Origin: Paragordius varius
Taxonomy: Eukaryota; Animalia; Nematomorpha
Assembly: GCA_964247055.1 (NCBI GenBank)
Contig: OZ176053.1
Coordinates: 6,324,001 to 6,388,000, forward strand
Direction of reading: 5' to 3'
Length of the DNA stretch: 64,000 bases
Made by a program: the position numbers and the translations under genes. Below the pieces are notes generated by a model. The model was not told the origin of the DNA. It saw only the letters and a program-made list of their open reading frames with translations, and did no database searches. Positions 13,261-25,155 of the stretch are shown piece by piece (the first letter of the stretch is position 1; the number at the start of each line of letters is the position of its first letter).

Positions 13261-15520
13261 TAGAAGAACAATATAGATGAAAATAAACACTAAAATATAT
13301 AGAACTAATATGTAAATGCAACTAAAAAAGAATCAAAAATTTTAACCAAAAAATAATAATAAAAAAACATATATAAATATATATCAATAAATAAAAATGA
13401 AGTAAAATAAAATACGCATAATAAGAATTTTGATTCGGAATATGTAATATACTTTAAATAAAACTATAAATAGATAAAATATAAGAAAAATATTATAAAG
13501 GTAATTTCGCCCATTTTTGGAATGAATGAGAACTGATAAAAGATATAATATTTGAAAATAAATAGATAACAATAGATAGTTATAATAATTGGTATAAATA
13601 ATAATTTTAATATAAAATTAATAAGAATTTTTCGTTTTTGAAGTTGCGTCAGAATGGGTCGAACGCGCGCGCGTGCAAAATAATCATTCATAAAAAGATA
13701 AAAGGTGATGACTCAATTTTTTGAGACCATTTTAGGCAGTTGACTTAGAGTTTAAATTAATAACTAAAATACATGGGATTTCGGTTAAAGTTAAAATATC
13801 AAATCCATTAAAGTCCACTCTTTCAAAAAATAATTTTGTTAAAGAAATTCTGAAATATTGTCATCATATATATATTTGATTTATAATAATACTTATAAAA
13901 CATTTGGTTAACAAATCGGAAACTCATATTTAAATATTTTATTTTAATTTTATTTTTTGAAAAATTTTATCGCATTAAATGACCTTATATCTAAGAATCA
14001 AATCTTGCATTCAAAAATTATTTTAAACGAGGTGTGAAACTATAAAACATTTTAAGAATTCTGGTATTTGTTTCTGTATTTTTTACAATTTAATTAAACA
14101 TTTTTAATATTGGAGGTTATGAAGCTTTAGGGTTAAAATACGCGTTGGTAGGAGGCCATCATACACATTTTTTTTTTCAGTGTTACAAAATGATGGTGCC
14201 CGCAATACAAAAATTATATGCGGCTGGCGGAATTTGTGAATAGTACCATTAGTTTATATCATCATGGGTTTTATGAAAATTATTTATTCGGGACTTGATT
14301 GAAAAATATGCATCATTCTTAATTTAAAAATTGTATTTTAAACGGTCTAGGAACCGTTTTTTAGAGAATAAAACCAGTTAACCGACCAAAAAACAATAAA
14401 TTCTGATTCTTTCGATTTCGTCGCCAGAACTGGATCGAAAAATGAAATCAGTTCTGACTCTCATAGTAATATTAATAATTTTATTTGAATTTTCAGTTAA
14501 CCTGTTGAATTTTTACCAAAGAAATAGACCATAAGCAAACCAATCTTTTAAAACCACGAAACTTAAAATTGAACGCTTAGTCCGTAATTGGGATTTTGAT
14601 TTGAATAAAGTGCTCGAATATAATGTGCGAATTCATAAATAATTAAAAAATTTGATTCGACCTATCCGTTTCCCGTAAATAAACTGATGGCTTAAATCAA
14701 AAAAGGGCCTTGACTATGCTTTTTTAATTGATGAAAAATATGTGTTATGTTTTCTGGAAAATAGCTTCCAAGTCCAAATTTTTTAAACAATAAGAAAAAT
14801 CCCAATTAAGTAAAATCTGATTATACATTAACGGTGATCTTTTATATTTTCACATCGTAATTTACGGAATCGATATTTTTTGTTTTAACAACAGTTAATC
14901 TCCGCGAAAATAGTCTTATACGATAATTATGCACAAAATTAGTTTAAAATGATAATTAAAATATAACTAAAATTTAACTGAAATTTAAACTAAAAATACT
15001 ATATAATATGCACACTGCAACAATAATCACAGGCTGGTTTTTGTACCTATATCTGGGCTGGAGTAAAAAATAAATTTATATGGAAAGAGGAATGATATAT
15101 TCGTGTTTTTCAATAAACTTAAAATATTTTGTAATTTGTTAAAGTATTCATGCATGGAAAACAAACAAATATATATTAGTAGTTAAAAATTTAAAAGACA
15201 TAAAAACGTTGAAAATGACAAAATTATATTGCCTAATTTTTTTAGCACCATGTGGTAATGCTCTAAATTTAATAGCGAGTTACATAAACAAAATTGAATT
15301 AAACGGATTAATTAGTATAATTTATAAGAATTATTAGCGGATATAGGATATAATTTATCATACAGATGATAGAAAATCAAAAACATTTTCTAGGGATATA
15401 TAATGCGTTTTGAACTGGGAATCTAATAACCAAGATACAAATAACCAAATTTAAACAATAATATGTTAGCATTCCTTTTTTGGCATATTTGATTATTGGT
15501 AGAAAAATTACTTGTATATC

Positions 15521-16026
15521 TACCATTTGTGCACTTAAGTTTGATCATTAAACACTGGTCAGTCCTTCAACTTTTTCAATTTACTTTCAACTTTTATAAA
15601 TCAAACCGTGAATCATCCATAACGTATTCTCTTTATTTAACCAAACTTTTAACATCAACTTTTAATCATTCAAAAACCGTATATCTTAATTAAGTTCTTA
15701 AGAAATATTTTAATTATAAGATTTTAACATATAATCCATAAATGTTTTCTGGGTAATTAATAATTTTTCGTTAAAAACATCTTTAATTGAATAATATTGT
15801 TGAATTGAAAAAAATTACGTAACAAAAAATTGGTTTTTAAACGAAAAACATAAATTTTAAATGAAAAATTTATAATAAGTCGAGAAAATTAGCTTAAAAA
15901 ATGATTTGAAATAAATAAATGCATGCAAAAGTTATGGTTAATGCAAACTAAAGTATAAGGACCCACTTGAAGTCTTCAAGGGCCAACTTGAAGTTTCCAA
16001 GGACACTCTTGAATTGCAATTGTATA
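15521..16026. mobile_element. Degenerate foldback/MITE copy with 21-bp arm repeats
   Basis: Left end TACCATTTG...; right arm AAGGACCCACTTGAAGTCTTCAAGGGCCAACTTGAAGTTTCCAAGGACACTCTTGAATTGCAATTGTATA matches the element at 20487-21170. Confidence 0.6.
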
Positions 16027-16210
16027 CCATCGCATCACCTGATAACATGGCTTTTGTTCAAATACACTCAAAAAGGATTTTAAATTTATTTATTGCTGTT
16101 AATTAAACACATTATGTACATTTATTGTATTTACATATTATGACAGTTATATCCATAAATAAATATTCTGACAATATATCATCTATGGTGGGTCTATCCA
16201 ATTAATATGG

Positions 16211-17422
16211 TTAATTATTATCTTCTTTGTAAAAAGGATTATTTTGAAGGGTCAGTGATTCTGGTGAGTTTAATGCAGGATTGTGGAAAAAATTATTTGC
16301 AAGGTTAATATTGTTATTATTATTAATATTAATTTGTTTATTACAGAGATTGTTGTATTTCATATCGACCATAGCCAATTCTATTCTAGCCTAAAAAATG
16401 GTTAATAATAAGAATAATATGTTTAATCAATGGAAAACTTATTAGTTTAAAATGCGTTAGAGAGTTATAAATGATTAAATAAAAATATTTTATTACTTAA
16501 AATAAATATTCTACTCTTTATACTTAATATTTATATAACTGTACATTAATGAACATTTTGTGTTTATAAAAGTATTTAATATAGATGTGTGACCATGCTA
16601 TATAAAGTAATATGCCAGTTTCGTACTATTATATTATTCAAAAATTATGGATAAGAAGGTCATTCATAATGTTTATTAGCAAGTGTCCGAAAACTAACTT
16701 TGTCCGCAAATAAATACAAAACTCTTCGATGATAATTAATCACTTTTTAACTAATATATGAGTAATAACTACAATCAGTCAAACATGTAAAAATTAATAT
16801 TATAACGATGTATTTTTTAGCCAAAAAATACAGAAAAAAAAATATTATTATATTTAAGATTACTAAGGCATTAAATATGAGAGATTGATAGTTACGGCAA
16901 ATTAATATGTAAAAACATACAGTAAAAAAGGGTAAGAAATATTAAAAAAAATATTTAAAAAATTATAACCTGGGCAAATAGATTTTCTTGCTGTTTTAAT
17001 AGTTCATCTTCAGGAATACCTAATTCTTCCAAACGATTTGATCCACGTTTTTTACGCCGCGAAGCTACTTTCTTTTTACAATCAGTCAATGTGTTAGATG
17101 CATGATCAATATAATCGGTAAAACCCAATTTTTCTAAGGCTAAGAAAGTTATAAAAAAGTAATTACCCAAAATAACATGTTCAGACAACAGAGTTTTCTT
17201 ATTGTTTTCAAGGCATATTTCATGAGTTGTGGTAGATACGTGCTTAATAAATTGGTTACAGCACCATAAAATAAATTCACGGGCCTCACAAGATACTCTT
17301 GTAGAAGGAATTGTTTCCTTAAAAATTTTGTTTAACACAGCTCTTGGTAAAAAAAGATTTCCTCCATCATCCTGAGAGCCCCCCGTTTCCAATTCGAAAT
17401 CTTCATATGGATCGTCACTCAT
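16211..17422 (-). CDS. DR1: Negative cofactor 2 beta (Dr1), histone-fold TBP regulator; exons 17422-17167, 17139-16970, 16390-16211
   Basis: LPRAVLNKIFKETIP..RVSCEARE..EHVIL-ALEKLGF..RRKKRGSNRLEELGIPEDELLKQQENLFAQ-AR matches Dr1/NC2-beta across its length. Confidence 0.92.
17140..17166 (-). other. 27-nt in-frame GT-AG intron (first intron of DR1)
   Basis: GTAATTACTTTTTTATAACTTTCTTAG. Removal converts EHVIL-GNYFFITFL-ALEKLGF into EHVILALEKLGF, colinear with Dr1 EHVIQALESLGF. Confidence 0.8.
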
Positions 17423-17435
17423 ATAAGATAACCAT

Positions 17436-20400
17436 ATGCAAAATATAGCGCATGATTTGAAATTCGCTAAAAATATTTTGGGGGTCCAAATGATCCCAGA
17501 ACCAATTCGAAATCAACTCTTTGACAAAGCAGCTAACCCCATTAATTATAATCAAATTCTCACAAACTTGAAGAAACATCATATTGAAATTAAAGAAAAT
17601 GATCTCTTAAAAGCTCCCGACATAAATTATCCTCATCTGAAAGGGTCTATTAAAGATCATTTTAAAAACATAGGAGAAAAGCAATCGTATTTGTATCGAA
17701 ACCTATGTTTTGATTTTAACAAATCTATTTTACCTCCTTTACCATCAGAATGGAAATTACAAGGTAAGCTTAATTATTAATATTTTAGCTGGTTGGACCC
17801 GATATTCTGAAAACACGTTTGAAAAAGTAATTGTACCGTATGAAGACGCTATGATTTTTGACGTTGAGGTATGCGTGAAAGATCCAGGATTTTTGCCAAC
17901 AATGGCCATAGCTTTAACATCCAAAGCATGGTATATTGTTTGCTTTTAATCATTAAGTAGTACTAAAATTTAAAGCCGCATCTTAGATATTTTAAACCCA
18001 TCCTACTTTTTGTTTGCTACCAAATAGATTTAAACCGTAATATTTTTAATAATATTATTATTAAAAGCGAAGATGATTATCAGATTGAGTCAAATTAAAA
18101 TAAATGATTTTTAAAGTCCAGGAACTTTTACGCTATTTAGACTAATCATTGAGAACTATCAGTTTTTGCGCCGGACGATATATTGAAACTTATTATTGCG
18201 TTTATGCTATTTTGCAGTTATTGGGGCTAAACCGATGGTCAATCAAATAAGGCTGGGCGCCATTAGTTATTTTTAATAGGCCGTATCAATCGTATTCACC
18301 AAAAAATTTAGAAAAGCTGAATAATATATTTTTGTTGCCTTAAAGGTTTTGCAGAATATAAAACCGACAAATTGCTTAGCTTGACATATACAGATAATTA
18401 TACTCGAAAGAAGTACATTAACAATTCAAATAATTTTGGGTCATAAAATCATTTTTAGGGTCGATGAGCACTACTGGCCTATATGTTTCTTAAAAAAATG
18501 AAAGCAGAGGTCCAATGTTACTTAAATAATTTACCATTTAAATGTAATTATTTAGTTTTGTTAATTAATATAAAATCAAAATATTATATTCCAATTTTAG
18601 ATTCTTTATTATATTAATAATAACTACAAACTACTTTTTATATGCAATTTAATGATACGTTTTCATAATAATTTATTAAAATAATAGTTTCAAATCAGAA
18701 ATTAGCATAAGTTTTTATAATAAATCGATACTTACACAACATTTGATAAAAGGAGATTCTTAAAAAAATTTTCCGTTACCATATATAATATTTCAAAAAA
18801 TTAGCTATTTTTTTAAATCAAAAATTAAGCTTATCATTAAAAACTTACGATACTTAAACAACATTTCAAACATATTTTGTTAAAAGCATTTGTGGCCTAT
18901 AATATTTCAAAAATTTAGGCATTTTTTAAATCACAAATTAAGCTTATCATTTAAAACTTACGATACTTAAACAACATTTCAAACATATTTTGTTTCTAAA
19001 GGTATTTGTGGTGTGGACCACAACTTTTTTCCATGTCTTGGACTTCAAGCCCATCCCTCTCAAAATTTATAAACATAAACACGGCAAAAACTTGGAATAA
19101 TGCACGAATCATTATTGGCCATAATGTTGGCTATGATAGATCATGGATAAGGGATGAATATATCTTAAAAAGTATATCAAATAGAATATTTGCAAAAAAA
19201 TCGGCTATCAAATAAATTTTAATTTAGTCGTAAAAATTATTAGTAGGGGTTTTATTAATCCTATGTTATATTATATAATTATTATTTTTTTTTATGAAAT
19301 GATAAATTATTCATTCGGTATTTTTTTATTTATTCACTTCTCTTGAAATTAATAGGGTATATATTTTTAAATTTGTTAAATTTCATTTAGGTATTGAATT
19401 TTTTCGTTGTTATAGTTAACCTCCCTAGTCCCCATTCATAATGAGTTTTCGTTATAATATACAGTGCTATCGTCTATAAACTAAGTAACTCATGCCGTTC
19501 AACTTGCACTTATCCAAAATTTAAATAACTTATTTTTTAATTTTCAAAAAGATTATAATGGAAAAATTTAGCCACATTTCCTACTATTGTAGTCATAATG
19601 GGGCGAGGGGGTCCACTGTTTAAAACAATCTTTAAATGGCGTCTATATATATCTCACTTTTTGATAGAATCAGGGACTAGGTTTATGGATACCATGTCTT
19701 TGCATTTAGCGTGTTCAGGGCTAACCCATCTCCAAAGAATATCTAAAGTTGCAATGAAACAAAACAAAAGCAATATGAATTACTCTTCAAATGAACAAGA
19801 TTATAACATCATTAATAGTTCGTCGGATCTTACAACAATGTCCCCTTACTCCATTTTCGAGGGGGATTGGGAAAGGATTGGCTCCCTCAACAGTTTAGCC
19901 GACATTCATAAACTGTATTGCGCAGCATCAACGCAAAACAAAACAAAGTTTAGTAGTAATGAATCAAATAAAGATGTGCCCTACATCGATTCAGCCATTT
20001 TAAAGGCTGATAAATTGCGGAAATCCAAGGATGACACGAAAGTGACAGGTTAATATGTGCGTATAATTTACACATATAAATTAAAAACAATTTTTTGCGA
20101 TTTTTGACCCACATTTTCAATTTGATTAAGCCTTTATCCGAAAAACATGTATTTTTTTTGCACGTTTAGGTCAATTGATTCAAGTTTCCATATATTTTTT
20201 TTTATTATTCTACTTTTAGGTCAATTTATAAATTCTTTGGACGTTTTTCTAAATGGTACCTTGAATGATGTCAGACAAAATTTTCAAATGTGTGCCAATT
20301 ATTGTGCCAAAGACTGTTTAGCAACATTTGATGTTTTTAAGGTTTCCAAAATTTTAATCAGATTAAATTTTAAAAATTTTTACAATGGAAAACATCTAGA

Positions 20401-23400
20401 TAATAGATAATATTACTAACACAAACTCGTAGAAAAAATTATAATTAGATATATTGCTTTTTAATAAAGTTATATGAAACCTTTAATATACCATTTGCAC
20501 TTCAAGAGTGTCCTTGAACACTTCAAGTTGGTCCTTAAACAGTTCAAGTTGGTCCATGAACAGTTCAAGTTGGTCCTTGAACAATTCAAGTTGGTCCTTA
20601 AAATTATAAATTTTGATTTAACCATATTTTTTGCATTTATTTTTTTATTATTTATAAACCTAATTTAATTTATTTATTATATATTTATTCTTTAAAAATT
20701 AAAAATTTTTATTGAAAAACGTTTTTTTTGTTTCAAACTATTTTTTTTCAATTTAACAAAATTATTGACTTTTAAAGTTTTTAATGAAAAATTTTGATTC
20801 ATAACCTAGAAAACTTATATTTTCATTTCGTGCTAAAATCTTATAAATATCCAAAATTTTTAAGAAATTAATAAAGATATACGGTTTCTCAAAGATTAAA
20901 AGTTGATATCGATTTAAAATTTATGTTAAATAATAGAAAATAGGTTAAAAACAATAAAATAGATGAATTAATTACGATTTGATTGATAAAAGTTAAAAAC
21001 AAAACAAAAATGTCAAAGGACCAACTTGAAATGTTCAAGGACCAACTTGAATTGTTCAAGAACCAACTTGAATTGTTCAAGGACCAACTTGAATTGTTCA
21101 AGGACCAACTTGAACTGTTCAAGGACCAACTTGAACTGTTCAAGGACACTCTTGAAGTGCAAATGGTATAAATAAAATTAATTAATAATTGGTATTAAAG
21201 AATAATTTTAAAACTAGATATTTTGGACCATAATGATCCTTTTCAATCACATAATATATTAATTTTCTGCTATAAATACCTTAATATAAAATACTAAATA
21301 AAAATCACAATAGTTAAAGCAAGAAAAATATGAAAAAAGTAACGAATTGCATTATATAGTAATAAATGGCAAAAGCGCGTATAAATGATTTTTAAAAAAT
21401 AATTAATTAATTTATTTAACACTTGGATACAACACATTCATTTCAGTCCTTCGATTCAATTGGGGTGGCTATCCCAGGCTTGTTTGAAATTAAATATTTG
21501 AAAAATATGGAAGGGATCGAAACCGTGGCCAAAGTTTGCACTTATATAACATAATAAACAGAAATATAAAAAAGGTTTAAAAAATACTTGATATTACTTA
21601 TTTAAAGGTAATATCCAAAGGTAAAATTTAGTCAAATTACCTGTGTGCATTAAAATTTAAAAATTATACAAAATAAACCCTTTCTATTTTTATCAATGTT
21701 AGATGTGATCTAAATAAAAAATTAGCTTTAGTTTTAGCTTTAAAATTAAATAAACACGTATTTTGCAAAAATGTTGTAAAATAAAAATGGCGGCGAAGGA
21801 ATTTAATATGCAACTTTATTTAAAACTAAATTTTTAAATATTTCGGCTTATTTATATAATTTTTGGAAAAAGCATTGAGACCGTTTCTTTCGGTATTTTT
21901 TTAAAAATATCAACTAAATATAGTGTATTTAGATACCCCAATTTATATCGAAGCGTTAATAAATATCCAATTTTCGGTTATATTTTTAAAACCTTTTTCA
22001 GGATGAAGAAAAAATTAAAAAAATACGCGTTTTTGCCATTTATTTTAAAGAGTAATTTTATTTACTTAATAATTTTCACACACTTTTTGCGTTTTATATA
22101 AAATAATTTATTTGTTTAATCAGGTACTGTTTCCAATGTTTTTGGAACGCTTCCCGAACCCCGTAACGTTGGGTGGTATGTTGGAAATGTCGACAGCCTA
22201 TCTCCCAACCACGAAACAAGCTTGGACCAAATTTATTAGCTCATGTGAACAAACTTATACTCAAATCGATCAAGATAATCGTATTTCTTTGGCACGTTTA
22301 GCTAAGGATGCCTGTACATTACTAACTAATGAAAAGTAATTAAGTTTTAATCAGAATAGTTGTTTGCCATTAACATCTAGATTAGTTTAACTTTAAATTA
22401 ACCGGTAAAATGCGTATTATTGAGGAATATTTTGTATTAACACATTTAAGTGAAAATTATTTTGTCATTTGATTGTCTCATGCTAATTATGAGCATAAAT
22501 AGGTTTTCTACTGCACCAACTGAATGATATAATGTTAAAGTTTATTTTAAAACTAATCCTTTTGTCTATTTATGATTCATTTTTATGCCGACCAATGAAA
22601 GTTTTTGTTAATATTTAATTTATAATATTACTTTTTTGGAAAATATTATCAAGGTATCAGTGTATATAAAATAATATTTGGACATTTTTAAATTATAAAT
22701 TGATAACCCAAATCAAATTAACCTATATATGTAAAATAGCAAACATTCAGTTTAAAAATATCCACATATTATTTTCGTAGTCCATAAACAAATTACTATT
22801 TTCTTTCTGTCTTTTTCGGGCATATAGCTACAAAAATGATCCATGGTTGTGTGATTTAGACTGGTCTGTAACAAAACTTCAATTAAATAAACGGAAAAGT
22901 AAAACAACATCACTCAACAATCACCGACAAATTAAAAACAAATTTGATTACAATTATGTGTTGAAAAAATACCAAGAACTAAAGGAGTTAATCATTAGTA
23001 TGGATATAGACCCTAAAACATTGCTTTCATTCGAAGAATTTTCACTCTTTATTGATAATAATTTTGAGGAATGGGATGGAAATTTAAGCGATTTTATCGA
23101 TACTAAAAAACAACAAAATACCTATAATTGCAAAGATGTTGATAAAAATAGCCAGAGCATATTAAGGGATGTATTAGCGACAGCTCAGTTTTTACCTAAG
23201 AATAAGCCTATTCTGGCGGGATATCCATTATGGTATATAAAATTTTTTAAATATATGAAATTTGTTTGATTAAATAATTATATATTGTGCCAAATAATTT
23301 ACTAGGTATAGGGAATTGTGTGAAAAAATGCCAAATCAACAATTGCCCAATACAAAAATAAATACTGATGGACCTCAGCTCTTAAGGCAATTGTAAATTA

Positions 23401-24068
23401 TTTTAAATATTTAGTCAATAAGTATAATGAGTTTCACATTAAATTTTAATTTTTATTTATTGGTTATTTTTTATAACATCTTGAAGCATTTTTTAAAGGT
23501 AACTGCTAAATAAAAAATACATTTCATTTTAAGGGCAATAATATTACAGGTTTTTGATTGACATGTTACATCAGAAAAATAATGAATTTTTAGTAAAAAT
23601 GTTATTAAACTAAATATAAGAAATAAAGTTTCTAAAGTAAACCATTTATTTTAAACCTTAATTTTTTTAAATTATAAAGCATTGTTACTTACGAAATGAG
23701 GAATAGAGATGTGAATTGGTAAGAATTTATTTAACATTTAACAATTGTTTGAGGATAAAATTATATGGTTTCCTTTACAATTATTATTTTTTTATGTATA
23801 ATTCATATTATTACTGTATTTAAGCAAAATTTCATTTATTGTAAGTTTTATTTAAACATAGTAATTATATATTAAAAAAGAAACGATGAAACTTGTAATG
23901 AAACACGGAAACTCGGACCAACTCTCCTTTCCTCTCAAACAAGAATTTCACCCAAACTGTTGCGTTTAACATGGAAGGGTTGGCCTTTGTATTTTCACCC
24001 AAAATATAAATGGGGCTATCTTGTGCCCGGGAATCTTAATAATATGGATAAAGGTAATTTATATCTGT

Positions 24069-24100
<32 letters not shown>

Positions 24101-25116
24101 CGCATATATATCAGTTGATTTCCTTCTTTTACCTTAAAAAACGCATAATACTAGGAACTTCTAAAAACAACGCACCTTTGAAAACTTGGAAAAAAATTTA
24201 TTTTTTATATTTATGGGCTCATTCGTAACCAACACAATAAAAAATTGAACCGTAAAAAACTTTATTTTGAATTATTTGCCCACATAGCAAGATGATATAA
24301 ATCATTTTAAAAAATATGCCTATGTCCGCTTCTATTTTTCAATCATATATTTAGATAACAAAAAACATTTACATGCAATGATACAATTGCCGAAATTTCG
24401 GGAATTCGGTGACATTGTTGAAACACCTGTAATAATTTTGATTATTTTTACCGAATGATTTTGTCATATTGATTTACGAAATTTTACAAAAGTTTAAATT
24501 TCATTAGAATGATATTGTCAATAAATCGCAATTCAACTTTCCGAATTCTGACGGACAGGTTCATTTCGCAGATAGCACGTGGGATGAGGTTATGAATTCA
24601 ACGTTTGAAGGCAATATCGATGATATTAATAAAAATTTTACCAAATTTCTCCAATACGTCAAAAAATTGGATAAATATAAAGAAGCCACTAATGGTAACT
24701 TATATGGATGAATTAATTACTTACACAAGATAAGTTTTTTTAAAATGAGGGCTCACAATTGATTTTTGTTTACCAATTAAGCGAAAAATTTAAATAATGT
24801 AAGCATTGTTTGTTGTAACTTTGAATAATTTGATTATACCATCGTTCAAACGTTTAATTTTTAAGTGTTTTTTGCTTTAAATAATAATTAACAAGATAAC
24901 AAAATTTTTATCCTTAATAATAGAATTCTTTTCGGTTTTATGATAAGTTATTTGGTCCACATTCATTTCAAATAAATATGGGGGATAAGGTAGATATGCA
25001 ATCAATACTCAAAATCATATAATTTATCTGTAAATATCCTTTCCAATTATATTTTCTCCTAATTTGGTGCTTATTATCAGTGCAAACAGCTTGAAGAAAC
25101 ATTTAAATAACTATAA

Positions 25117-25155
<39 letters not shown>

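Noticed and set aside
20497-21160. 21-bp repeat arrays as a CRISPR array or as heat-shock elements
   Set aside because: There are no unique spacers and the context is eukaryotic. GAA-N3-TTC spacing does not fit the nGAAnnTTCn HSE consensus.
20983-21171. ORF of KDQLELF heptads resembling a leucine-zipper or coiled-coil peptide (and mirror ORFs 20474-20668, 20889-21149)
   Set aside because: It is the translation of the 21-bp transposon arm repeat. The same pattern appears on both arms, inside a POLG intron, with no splice context.
23306-23940. GPQLL and GPTLL in consecutive POLG exons, suggesting exon duplication
   Set aside because: Similarity is limited to about five residues in a variable spacer region.
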